Under the pieces are notes generated by a model. The model worked only from the letters and a program-made list of their open reading frames with translations, was not told the DNA's origin and did not search any database. This document shows positions 8,673 through 17,515 of a DNA stretch of 64,000 bases, one piece after another (position 1 is the first letter of the stretch; every line of letters starts with the position of its first letter). Origin of the DNA: Peptococcaceae bacterium UBA6096 (GTDB lineage: Bacteria > Bacillota > Peptococcia > DRI-13 > UBA5745); contig DIWW01000016.1 of the NCBI GenBank assembly GCA_002435905.1, positions 72,389 through 136,388 on the forward strand. Reading direction: 5' to 3'. A program made the translations under genes and the position numbers.

Positions 8673-9455
8673 TTACAGTTTCAGCTCGATTTTATCCGGT
8701 TCCACCGCTTTGAAATCCTCGCCGGCAAGGCCTTCCTGGGCCAACATACCCTCCAGGACCGTAATGTCGGTTGAAATATCCAAGGCTTCATCCTGGAAAA
8801 GGCGGTCCAACTGTTTCTCGAAGGCCGTGACCACCGTGGTCATGATCTCTTCGATGCGTTTTAAGGTCGATACGATGTTCTCTCCCTGGACTGACTGCTT
8901 TGTCAGCTTATCGTAAGAATTTAGAAGCTTTAAGACCGTGGGCAGATAATAGTTCAGGAATTTCCGGACCTCTGGCACTTTGCGGGGATTGGCCGCAATA
9001 AATTCGAAGATTTTGCGGCTGATCTCCTCGAGCCGGCTGATATGCCCGGAAATCACAGGCTCTTCGATCCGGTCGTTTGCCGCCCTGATTTGGGTAAGAT
9101 AAGCCTGGCCTTCTGAAATCATCTTGTCGCTGTCCCCATGGCCGGTGCGGATCACAGGCTCCGAAACTTCAACAATAACTTTCTTGGCGGGAAATATTTT
9201 TTGGCAAAGGACAAAGACAACCGCCGACAGGGCCAGCACCAGGACAAAGTCCATCAGCCGGTACAAAGGAAAGACCATACTGTAAACCAGCCAGGATAAT
9301 CCCGCCGCGTAATAGGGAACCGCGGATTTCTGCAGAACTTCTTTTTGCACAAAAACACCTGCCTTTGTCGATGATTTGACCGCCGATTGAATCACGAAAC
9401 CCTTCGTTGCTCTCTCTACACTATATTCCATTCGACTTGCAGAATCAATACACAT
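8673..9455 (-). CDS. XpaC-like (5-bromo-4-chloroindolyl phosphate hydrolysis family) membrane protein
   Basis: Two TM helices followed by ISRLEEISRKIFEFIAANPRKVPEVRKFLNYYLPTVLKLLNSYDKL. Adjacent to telA, like the Bacillus xpaC-yaaN pair. The start codon is uncertain (alternative ATG at 9431). Confidence 0.68.
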   Translation of the reverse strand: MCIDSASRMEYSVERATKGFVIQSAVKSSTKAGVFVQKEVLQKSAVPYYAAGLSWLVYSMVFPLYRLMDFVLVLALSAVVFVLCQKIFPAKKVIVEVSEPVIRTGHGDSDKMISEGQAYLTQIRAANDRIEEPVISGHISRLEEISRKIFEFIAANPRKVPEVRKFLNYYLPTVLKLLNSYDKLTKQSVQGENIVSTLKRIEEIMTTVVTAFEKQLDRLFQDEALDISTDITVLEGMLAQEGLAGEDFKAVEPDKIELKL

Positions 9456-9481
9456 TCTGTCCCGGGTCCCTCATGAAAGCG

Positions 9482-11341
9482 TCACTCCACAAGGCCTGTC
9501 CGGAACTGGCTATTGTACAAGTCGGCATAAAAACCGTTCCGCTGCAAGAGCGCCTGATGACTGCCCCGCTCAACGATCCGTCCGTCATGGACCACAAGGA
9601 TCTGATCTGCATTGCGTATGGTGGAAAGCCGGTGGGCGATCACAAAGCTGGTCCGGCCTTCCATCAATTTCAGCAGGGCTTCCTGGATCTTCAGCTCAGT
9701 CCGTGTGTCCACAGAGGAGGTGGCTTCGTCCAGCACGAGGATGGCGGGTTTGGCCAGAATGACCCGGGCAATGGACAGAAGCTGCCGCTGCCCTTGGGAA
9801 AGGTTTTCTCCGTTGTCTGAAAGGATGGTGTCATAGCCCTGCTCCAGCCGCTCGATAAACGAATGGGCATTGGCCATCTTGGCTGCTTCGATGATCTCCT
9901 CGTCGGTAGCGTCCAGCCGGCCATACCGAATGTTGTCCTTGACGCTTTCGGAAAACAGGAAGGTGTCCTGCAGAACGATGCCGATGGCTTTACGGATGCT
10001 GTCCCGGGTCAGGCTGGCCACATCCTTGCCGTCAATGGAAATATGGCCCTCATCCAAATCATAGAATTTCGCCAGCAGGCTGATCAGGGTGGTTTTGCCG
10101 GCGCCGGTGGGGCCCACGATGGCCGTCATCGTGCCGGGATGGGCCTCCAGGCTGGCATGGCAAATGATGGGTTTCCCGGGCTCATAGGCAAAGCAGGCGT
10201 CGTCCAGTCGGACATGGCCTTGGACCCCCGTCAATTCCACAGCATCCGGCCTGTCCTGCTCCGCCCTTTCATCCATCACCTCAAACACCCGCTCCGCGCC
10301 GGCCAACGCGCCTTGAATCGTTGTAAAGAGGTTCGACAGTTCGTTGATGGGCCGGGCAAAGTTGCGCATGAACAAGAGAAAGGAGAAAACCACGCCGGCG
10401 GTGGTGCGGCCCTGGACGACGAAGTAGCCGCCCGCCACTGCCACGATCAGGTACGTCAAATTGTTGATCAGGTTCATGAAAGGGCCCAGGGAGCCTGTGC
10501 CGATAAAGGTCCAGACCGCGCTTTTTTTCAGTTGTTCGTTATATACCGCAAAATCTGCCTTGGCAGTTTCTTCCCTGCCGAACAATAAGACGGCCTTCTG
10601 CCCGGAGAGCATTTCCTCCACATAGCCGTTCAGGGCGCCCATCTGTTTTTGCTGCTGCCCGTAGATTTTCCGCGTAAAACGCGACAGGATCATGGTCAGA
10701 ATAAACATGAACGGCAGCGTCACCAGGGAAATCACAGTCAAATAAGGGCTCAGCAGCAGCATGGCGACGAGGATCCCGGCCACATTGATGATTCCGTTGA
10801 AAAACTGGGTCAGATTCTGGGACAAGGCCATGCTGATGTTGTCGATGTCATTGGTCAGCCGGCTCATCAGATCTCCGCTGGCATGGGTGTCGAAATATTT
10901 GATTGGCAGCCGCTGCTGTTTGACAAACAAGTCCTGGCGTAGAAGCGCCGTGGTGTTTTGGGAAACATGGATCATGATGCGGCTCTGTACGAATATGCCC
11001 AAGGCGCTGGCCAGGTACATGCCGGTCAGAAGGATACAGATCATCGCCAGACCGCGGACATCGCCTTGGACCACATAACGATCCACCACCAAGCCATTGA
11101 GCCGCGTTCCGAGAATGGTCATGGCCGTGGAGAAAACAGAAATCAGGATCACAAAGAAGAGAAGCCTTCTTTTATCCTCCAGATAGCCCAGCAGACGTTT
11201 CATGGTTTTGGGAGAGTCCTTCAGCTTCACTTTCGCTGTCAGCATGCCGTGGCCCGGCCCGCCGCCGCCAGGGCCGCCCCGGGGGCCAAATCCCGTGGGA
11301 GGTCCAGTTTTCACTTCAGCCTTGCTTTTATCAGCCCACAT
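9482..11341 (-). CDS. ABC exporter, fused permease/ATPase half-transporter (subunit B of a heterodimer)
   Basis: Six-TM ABC_membrane region, Walker A GPTGAGKTT, signature LSQGQRQLLSIAR and Walker B ILVLDEATS. Carries a Gly/Pro-rich N-terminal extension. Confidence 0.9.
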   Translation of the reverse strand: MWADKSKAEVKTGPPTGFGPRGGPGGGGPGHGMLTAKVKLKDSPKTMKRLLGYLEDKRRLLFFVILISVFSTAMTILGTRLNGLVVDRYVVQGDVRGLAMICILLTGMYLASALGIFVQSRIMIHVSQNTTALLRQDLFVKQQRLPIKYFDTHASGDLMSRLTNDIDNISMALSQNLTQFFNGIINVAGILVAMLLLSPYLTVISLVTLPFMFILTMILSRFTRKIYGQQQKQMGALNGYVEEMLSGQKAVLLFGREETAKADFAVYNEQLKKSAVWTFIGTGSLGPFMNLINNLTYLIVAVAGGYFVVQGRTTAGVVFSFLLFMRNFARPINELSNLFTTIQGALAGAERVFEVMDERAEQDRPDAVELTGVQGHVRLDDACFAYEPGKPIICHASLEAHPGTMTAIVGPTGAGKTTLISLLAKFYDLDEGHISIDGKDVASLTRDSIRKAIGIVLQDTFLFSESVKDNIRYGRLDATDEEIIEAAKMANAHSFIERLEQGYDTILSDNGENLSQGQRQLLSIARVILAKPAILVLDEATSSVDTRTELKIQEALLKLMEGRTSFVIAHRLSTIRNADQILVVHDGRIVERGSHQALLQRNGFYADLYNSQFRTGLVE

Positions 11342-13091
11342 CGGCCAGCACCTCCTCCCCTAATTGGGATACAGCGATGTGCCGGTAGATTTCGTTGGTT
11401 TTCAGCAGCTCCCGATGGGTGCCGAAACCCGTGACACAGCCTTCATCCATGACCAGGATCTTGTCCGCATCCTTGATGGCGGCGATCCTTTGGGCAATCA
11501 GCAGCAGGGTACACTGCCCCATTCGCTGACGGATGGCTTCCCGGATTTTCGCCTCGGTCAGCATGTCCACCGCGCTGGTGGCATCATCCAGGATCAGGAT
11601 TCGGGGTTTGCGCAGCAAGGTACGGGCGATGGACAGCCTCTGTTTCTGGCCCCCGGAGAAATTACGTCCCCGCTGGGCTACCTCTGCATTCAGTCCATCT
11701 GTCTTATCTTCGATGAAATTCCATGCTTCCGCAGCTTCCGCCGCTTCCTTCAATTCCGCCGCAGTAGCCGTCTCTTTGCTGAACCGCAAGTTATCCTCGA
11801 TGGTGCCGCTGAACAGAATGCTTTCCTGCAGCACCATGCCGATGTGGCCGCGCAGGGCTTTCAAAGGGATTTCCCTCACATCCATACCATCCACCAAAAC
11901 TTGTCCCCGGGTGGCTTCATACAGCCGGGGGATCAGGGAAACCAAGGTGCTTTTTCCCGAACCGGTGGTTCCAATGATGCCAATGGTTTGGCCGGGAAGG
12001 ATCTTCAGGTCGATATGCTTCAGCACCCATTCGCCGGAATTATGATGTTTAAACGATACATCTCTAAATTCAATGGCACTGCCCTTGCTCCGGGTGGTTT
12101 CATTATCTTCTGCCCACAAGCTGGGGGCGGTGTCCATATCCCGGATGGAAGTTTCGGTTTCCAGCACCTCGTTGAGCCGCTCCGCCGAAACCTGGCTCCG
12201 GGTCAAGGAAATGCTCATCATCACCACCATCATAAGGGAAGACATGATTTGGATCAGGTAGTTGATAAAAGCCATGATTTTGCCAATTTCCAGGCCTCCG
12301 GAAACCACCATCCTGCCGCCGAACCATAAAACCGCCACCACGCTGAGATTCATCACCAGATTGACCAAGGGAAACAGCACGGTCATGATCTGCATGGCCT
12401 GGACGCTCCGGTCCATCAGCTCTTGGTTTGCTTTTCCAAAGCGCTGCTGCTCCTTCTTTTGGCCCACAAAGGATTTGATGACCTTGATGCCCAGCAGATT
12501 CTCCCGCATCACAGCGTTGACCCGGTCCATTTTGATTTGCATGGCCAAGAAGAGGGGCATGGTCTTCCAAATGAAGTAGGCCGCCATCAACAGCATAAAG
12601 GGCAGTCCGATCATCAGGATCAGACTCAGCCGCGGGCTGAGCCAATAAGCCATGACCACACCGCCAATGCATATGAGGGGGGAACGGACCATGATCCGAA
12701 GCCCCATCAGCACGATGCTCTGGATCTGGGTCACGTCGCCGGTCAGCCGCGTAATGAGGGACGCAGTCTTAAAACGATCTAATTCCACAAAGGAAAAGCC
12801 CTGGATCTGATTGAAAACCGCCTGGCGCAGCCGGCTGCTGAAGCTGACGGCGGCCTGGGCCGAGCAGGCGACGCATCCCAAGCCGCCCACCACGCCGATG
12901 AAGGCCATGAGAAGCATCCTGCCGCCGGTGGCCCAGATGTAGGGCAAATCACCCTGGGCAATGCCCACATCCACGATGTTGGACATCAGGGTGGGCTGCA
13001 TCAAGTCCATAATGACTTCCAAAAGCATAAACAAAGGCGCTGCAATGGCAAATCCATAGCTGCCTTTCATGAAGCGCAGCAACTTGATCAT
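11331..13091 (-). CDS. ABC exporter, fused permease/ATPase half-transporter (subunit A)
   Basis: Walker A GTTGSGKST, signature FSGGQKQRLSIAR and Walker B ILILDDATS. Overlaps the downstream partner by 11 nt and forms an ATGA overlap with the marR stop. Confidence 0.9.
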   Translation of the reverse strand: MIKLLRFMKGSYGFAIAAPLFMLLEVIMDLMQPTLMSNIVDVGIAQGDLPYIWATGGRMLLMAFIGVVGGLGCVACSAQAAVSFSSRLRQAVFNQIQGFSFVELDRFKTASLITRLTGDVTQIQSIVLMGLRIMVRSPLICIGGVVMAYWLSPRLSLILMIGLPFMLLMAAYFIWKTMPLFLAMQIKMDRVNAVMRENLLGIKVIKSFVGQKKEQQRFGKANQELMDRSVQAMQIMTVLFPLVNLVMNLSVVAVLWFGGRMVVSGGLEIGKIMAFINYLIQIMSSLMMVVMMSISLTRSQVSAERLNEVLETETSIRDMDTAPSLWAEDNETTRSKGSAIEFRDVSFKHHNSGEWVLKHIDLKILPGQTIGIIGTTGSGKSTLVSLIPRLYEATRGQVLVDGMDVREIPLKALRGHIGMVLQESILFSGTIEDNLRFSKETATAAELKEAAEAAEAWNFIEDKTDGLNAEVAQRGRNFSGGQKQRLSIARTLLRKPRILILDDATSAVDMLTEAKIREAIRQRMGQCTLLLIAQRIAAIKDADKILVMDEGCVTGFGTHRELLKTNEIYRHIAVSQLGEEVLADVG

Positions 13092-13531
13092 GGCTTAGCC
13101 TCCCCTTTACACTCCAATTGCTTCATGTTGCGGATGATCCTGTCCAGCAGCGCTTCGGCCTGCTTTTTTTCTTCCGCCGAAAAGCCGCTGAAGCAGCCTT
13201 CCTCAAGCGCCTGGAAGACCTCGGCCACCTGGTCAAGAACATCGTATCCTTTAGGCGTCAGCCAAATACAAATGCTGCGGCGATCCAACCGGTCGGCCTC
13301 ACGGCGGATCAACCCTTCTTTCTCCATGGTCAGGAGCGCACTGGTCACCGTGGCCGGTTCCAGATGGCAATTATTGGCCAGATCTTTATGATGGCAGCCC
13401 TCGTGTTCACTGATCCATTTTAGCAGAGGCGGCGCGCCGAAAGGGATCCCCCGCTCCGCCATTTTGGCAAAGGTCAGCCTGTATTGCAGACGGCTGATTT
13501 TTATCATTTGATGACTTAATCGACTGATCAT
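13088..13531 (-). CDS. MarR-family regulator, first gene of the ABC exporter operon
   Basis: LLKWISEHEGCHHKDLANNCHLEPATVTSALLTMEKEGLIRREADRLDRRS matches the wHTH MarR pattern. GGAGGAAG lies upstream of the ATG. Confidence 0.85.
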   Translation of the reverse strand: MISRLSHQMIKISRLQYRLTFAKMAERGIPFGAPPLLKWISEHEGCHHKDLANNCHLEPATVTSALLTMEKEGLIRREADRLDRRSICIWLTPKGYDVLDQVAEVFQALEEGCFSGFSAEEKKQAEALLDRIIRNMKQLECKGEAKP

Positions 13532-13570
13532 GACGTTTGTCTTCCTCCATTTAGTTAGATATCAAACTTT

Positions 13571-13587
13571 TAGACTTCTAAAGTCTA
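13571..13587. promoter_or_regulatory. Perfect 7-3-7 palindrome; candidate MarR operator
   Basis: TAGACTT-CTA-AAGTCTA lies 40 nt upstream of the marR start codon, inside its promoter region. Confidence 0.35.
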
Positions 13588-13757
13588 CCGCCGGCGAAGA
13601 AGACTGTCAACCGACAATCCTGCAAGCCGGGGTTTAAAAATGAGCAAAGCAGTCCAGAAGCCTTAATCGGGCTACGTGAACTGCTTTGGGCTCGAAATCT
13701 GACAGGGGATGGAGATGCGGCCTCGACCCCGGAACAGCGATTCGGTTTTACCAGAAT

Positions 13758-14267
13758 CTAAAGACGCTTGAAGTCTTCGGGATAGGGCCAGAATTTCCGG
13801 ACTGCATAGAGAAGCGGCAATCCCAGGATGTAACAGGAGACCAACTGCCCTGCCCCCACCTGAAGCGCCAAGAGATACCAGGGGATCCCCAGGATCACAT
13901 GGAGCACCGCCCCGATCACCAAGGCATTGATCAATACCGGCGGAAGCGGCACCAGCCAGGGATGGGGCATCCGGCGGCTCAGCCAGGCCGCCGACAAGGT
14001 GGCCAGACTGCCAAAAACAATATCCAGAAGCCCGTTGCCGCCAAAGAGGTTGGCGATCAGACAACCGATAAACAAGCCGGGCACCGCGGCAGGAAAAAAG
14101 TAAGGCAGGACGGTCAAGGCTTCGGATACCCGTACCTGGACCTCGCCATAGCTGATCGGCGCCAGTGCAATGGTCAGTGCCGCGTAAATGGCTGCGATCA
14201 TGGCGATTCGGGTCAGGTTCCTGGCTGAAAAACGGTCTGTTCCCGGTTTCTGCAGGTTTTTCGGCAA
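13758..14267 (-). CDS. queT: Queuosine-precursor transporter QueT (ECF-type S component)
   Basis: LTRIAMIAAIYAALTIALAPISYGEVQVRVSEALTVLPYFFP...LIANLFGGNGLLDIVFGSLATL is the QueT family pattern. TTG start (14265-14267) with AAAGGAG upstream. Confidence 0.8.
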   Translation of the reverse strand: MPKNLQKPGTDRFSARNLTRIAMIAAIYAALTIALAPISYGEVQVRVSEALTVLPYFFPAAVPGLFIGCLIANLFGGNGLLDIVFGSLATLSAAWLSRRMPHPWLVPLPPVLINALVIGAVLHVILGIPWYLLALQVGAGQLVSCYILGLPLLYAVRKFWPYPEDFKRL

Positions 14268-14362
14268 AGCAGTCTCCTTTCGGCCAGGTCATCCGGCATC
14301 CTTGACAGGCCTGTCATTCCATTTGTGATAATATCTGATATAATCAACTTAAACAACAAGCT

Positions 14363-14557
14363 TTAGTGGCCAGCCTTGTCGCAGTATAGCTCGCCCCCCA
14401 CAGCATATTGGGCCTTGTTGATTTCCAGGATGGTGATGTCCACCCCTTCCCGGCGGGCTCCAATGGTCTCAACAATCGCATCGGTCACTTTCGCAACCAT
14501 GGCTCTTTTCTGTTCAAGGGTTCTTCCTTCGAAAATCTGGATCGTAACTTTTGGCAT
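14363..14557 (-). CDS. 4-oxalocrotonate tautomerase family enzyme (64 aa)
   Basis: MPKVTIQIFEGRTLEQKRAMVAKVTDAIVETIG... has the catalytic Pro-1 and the typical length. Confidence 0.85.
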   Translation of the reverse strand: MPKVTIQIFEGRTLEQKRAMVAKVTDAIVETIGARREGVDITILEINKAQYAVGGELYCDKAGH

Positions 14558-14648
14558 GAAAATTCCTCCTTTTGCGATTTATTCCCATTAAATTATAGAC
14601 GGCATCGAACAGCCGGTCAATCCAAATACGTCATAAAGTTGGTGCGTT

Positions 14649-16058
14649 ATGCCTTCCAAGAAAAAGAAAAACCTTGTTTTACCCCCCAAAATCATCGATG
14701 TATTCAATATGTTCGAATCCATCGGCCTGCCCGCCTGGCTGGCCGGCGGCTCTTTGCGCGATCTCCTTCTGGGAACGGAGCCCCATGACTGGGACTTTGC
14801 CTCCCCCTTTCCACCGGAAGAAACTGAAGGTCTGCTGGTCCGGCATGGCGTCGCAGTTTTTCCTACCGGTCTGGCCCATGGTACCCTGACCTTCCGCTTT
14901 GAACGCGCTTCCTATGAAATCACTTCCTTTCGCCTGGACGGGCCCTATGAGGATCACCGCCACCCTACCTGGGTACAGTTCACCTCCAACTTGCAAGAGG
15001 ATCTGTCCCGCCGGGACTTCACGATCAATGCCATGGCTTATTCACCCCAAGGCGGCCTGCAGGATCCTTTCGAGGGGCAACAAGACCTGGACGCAAAGCT
15101 GATCCGCTGCGTAGGAAATGCCGATCAGCGTTTTCGTGAGGATGCCTTACGGATCCTCCGCGGCATCCGTCTGGCCGCTCAGTTAGGATTTGAGCTGGAG
15201 CCCGATACCGCCTGGGGCATGGAAAGCCAGGCTGAGCTCCTCAAGAAGATCAGCCAGGAACGTATCCGGGACGAACTGGATAAAATGCTGCTTTCCGAGC
15301 ATCCGGACATCGCCTTCAAATGGCTCAAGGAACTGGAGCTATGGCCCTATATCCTGCCGGAAATGGCAGCCTGCATCAACTTTGACCAGCATTCGGACCA
15401 TCATTTTCTGGATATTTACGATCATACCATGGTCGCAGTCCAAAACACGCCGCCCAAACTTGAGCTGCGCCTGGGCGCTCTGTTCCATGATATTGCCAAG
15501 CCGGCGACCTTTACCATCGACAGCAAGGGAAAAGGCCATTTCTATGGCCATCAGGATGTGGGCGTCATGATGGCACAGGGTGCCATGGCCCGGCTGCGTT
15601 ACAGCAAAGCCCTCCAAAAGAAAGTGGGCTTCCTGGTGGAAAACCATATGCTCCATTTGCTGGATATGAAGGATATCACCTTGAAACGCTTTATCAGCCA
15701 AGCCCCCAGGCCGGTCCGGGAAAATCTGGAGGAACTCTTCCTTCTACAGGAAGCGGATCTGCGGGCTTCGGCCAACCAGGCAGGGTCTTTGGCCCAGCTG
15801 CAGACCTTTGTCCACCGCTGTTATCAGATCCTGGATAGTGATTGCCCCCTGACTCTGCGTCAGCTGGCCATCAATGGCCGTGACCTGGAGGCTATGGGGA
15901 TCCCTCCCAGGACCCGGGGGGTCCTGCTTAATCAATTGCTGGATCTTGTCCTTGCCCAGCCCAATCTCAATGAGCGGTCCAGACTGCTGAAGCATGCAGA
16001 GAAATTTCATGAGCAGCTGGTGACCGCAAAAATCATCGATTCCAGCCGCAGGCTGTGA
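14649..16058 (+). CDS. cca: CCA-adding tRNA nucleotidyltransferase (PolyA polymerase family with HD domain)
   Basis: AWLAGGSLRDLLLGTEPHDWDFAS...RRDFTINAMAY...EDALRILRGIRLAAQLGF... plus the HD region HDIAKP. Confidence 0.85.
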   Translation: MPSKKKKNLVLPPKIIDVFNMFESIGLPAWLAGGSLRDLLLGTEPHDWDFASPFPPEETEGLLVRHGVAVFPTGLAHGTLTFRFERASYEITSFRLDGPYEDHRHPTWVQFTSNLQEDLSRRDFTINAMAYSPQGGLQDPFEGQQDLDAKLIRCVGNADQRFREDALRILRGIRLAAQLGFELEPDTAWGMESQAELLKKISQERIRDELDKMLLSEHPDIAFKWLKELELWPYILPEMAACINFDQHSDHHFLDIYDHTMVAVQNTPPKLELRLGALFHDIAKPATFTIDSKGKGHFYGHQDVGVMMAQGAMARLRYSKALQKKVGFLVENHMLHLLDMKDITLKRFISQAPRPVRENLEELFLLQEADLRASANQAGSLAQLQTFVHRCYQILDSDCPLTLRQLAINGRDLEAMGIPPRTRGVLLNQLLDLVLAQPNLNERSRLLKHAEKFHEQLVTAKIIDSSRRL

Positions 16059-16081
16059 TCCCGCTGCCATTCACAATCAAT

Positions 16082-16119
16082 AAGGGCCCTGCCGAAAGCA
16101 TGCTTTCAGCGGGGCCCTT
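16082..16119. terminator. Bidirectional hairpin between convergent cca and the ABC permease gene
   Basis: AAGGGCCCTGCCGAAAGCA pairs imperfectly with TGCTTTCAGCGGGGCCCTT in a long palindrome. The flanking T/A runs are weak. Confidence 0.5.
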
Positions 16120-16138
16120 CATGGTTCTTCAATCCATT

Positions 16139-17515
16139 CTACTCGTTGCGTATGGCGGTGATCGGACTAAGCTTGGCCGCCCGCCGTGCCGGATACCATC
16201 CGGCAACGATGCCGATCATAAACGCAAAAATCAGGGCAAAAAGAGCCAGCCAGGGCGGAATCACGGAAATCTCCATGGCGGTCTCGCCAGGGCCTGCCAT
16301 ACCGCCCCCAAGGAGGCCGCCTGAAAAGTGATTGATGATGGTAGACAGACCGTAACTGCAGCCCAGACCCAGGACACCCCCGGTGACGCCGATCAAGCCA
16401 GCTTCCATAAGAAACATCATCCGGACGTCGTACACGCTGGCGCCGATCACTTTCATAACGCCGATCTCCCGGGTACGCTCGTAAATCGACATCACCATGG
16501 TGTTGGCGATGCCAATGGAAGCCACCAGCAGCGTGATGGCACCGATTCCCCCCAGAACGGCCTGGATGATCAGCGATTGCTTCTCGACCCCTTCCATATA
16601 ATCGGCCATGGCATAGATATTGTAGCCCTGATCCCGCAAATCTGTAGCCACGGTCCGGGCCGCCGCCACATCCTGGCAGCGGATCATGATTTGGTCATAG
16701 TCCTCCGGGTCCCTTGAGGTGCTGCCGGCTTCTTTCTGCCATTGGGCTTCCTGGTCAATTTGTTCCTGGGTCATCATGGACGTATCGTTGATATATTTTC
16801 GCCATTTTTTTACAGAAGCCATGGGGGCATAGGCCGAATAGGCATGTTCCTTGAATTCGCCCTCCAAAACACCGACGACGATCACCGGCTGTTTGCGGGG
16901 CGCGGTTTCCGGATTATAGTTGTTCTGCAGCTGCATATAAACCACTTTTTCCAGCATTTCCAGGGAATTGGACTGTTCCTGGGGGCCGCCCATCATCATG
17001 CCTTCGTTCCCTGTTTGGTTGGGATCCCAGAATTGATTGACCACCTGCCAACCCACCAGAATATTGGTGCTGTCAGTTTCGGTCAGCATCCGGCCCTCGG
17101 CGACGGTATAAGTCATTTTGGAAAACTCTGCCGGGTCCACACCCACCAGCTGCAGATAACCTTCTTTTTTGCCATACTTGGCGCTAACGCCAATCTGATA
17201 GCTGGGCATGACGGCGGTGATCCCGGACATGCCCCGGATCATTTCCACCGCTGCGTCATTCAGGCTTTGCGCTTCACCCATGGTTTCGCCGGTTTCCGGA
17301 TCCCAGCTCCGTCCCTGGTTCACCGTCACGATGTTCAGGTCTCCCCAGGATTCCATGCTGGCCCGCATGGACTGGTCCAACCCGATTCCCAGGGACAGCA
17401 TAACCACGATCGCCATGGTTCCAATAAAGACACCGACGATCGTCAGAATTGCCCGGACTTTGCGGCGAAACAAATTGCTGTAGGCCATCCGAACAATGTC
17501 AAGCTTATTCATCAA
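16139..17515 (-). CDS. ABC transporter permease, FtsX/MacB type with a large extracytoplasmic domain
   Basis: N-terminal TM (AILTIVGVFIGTMAIVVML), a ~270-aa external domain, then the FtsX module (REIGVMKVIGAS...). Overlaps the upstream gene by 11 nt. Confidence 0.85.
   Translation of the reverse strand: MMNKLDIVRMAYSNLFRRKVRAILTIVGVFIGTMAIVVMLSLGIGLDQSMRASMESWGDLNIVTVNQGRSWDPETGETMGEAQSLNDAAVEMIRGMSGITAVMPSYQIGVSAKYGKKEGYLQLVGVDPAEFSKMTYTVAEGRMLTETDSTNILVGWQVVNQFWDPNQTGNEGMMMGGPQEQSNSLEMLEKVVYMQLQNNYNPETAPRKQPVIVVGVLEGEFKEHAYSAYAPMASVKKWRKYINDTSMMTQEQIDQEAQWQKEAGSTSRDPEDYDQIMIRCQDVAAARTVATDLRDQGYNIYAMADYMEGVEKQSLIIQAVLGGIGAITLLVASIGIANTMVMSIYERTREIGVMKVIGASVYDVRMMFLMEAGLIGVTGGVLGLGCSYGLSTIINHFSGGLLGGGMAGPGETAMEISVIPPWLALFALIFAFMIGIVAGWYPARRAAKLSPITAIRNE

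Noticed and set aside
14268-14362. A possible preQ1 riboswitch upstream of queT.
   Set aside because: I could not find the preQ1-I or preQ1-II consensus (for example a C-rich stem followed by the A-rich ...AAAAACUA tail before the RBS). Only a short hairpin, GACAGGCCTGTC, is present. A covariance-model scan would be needed to be sure.
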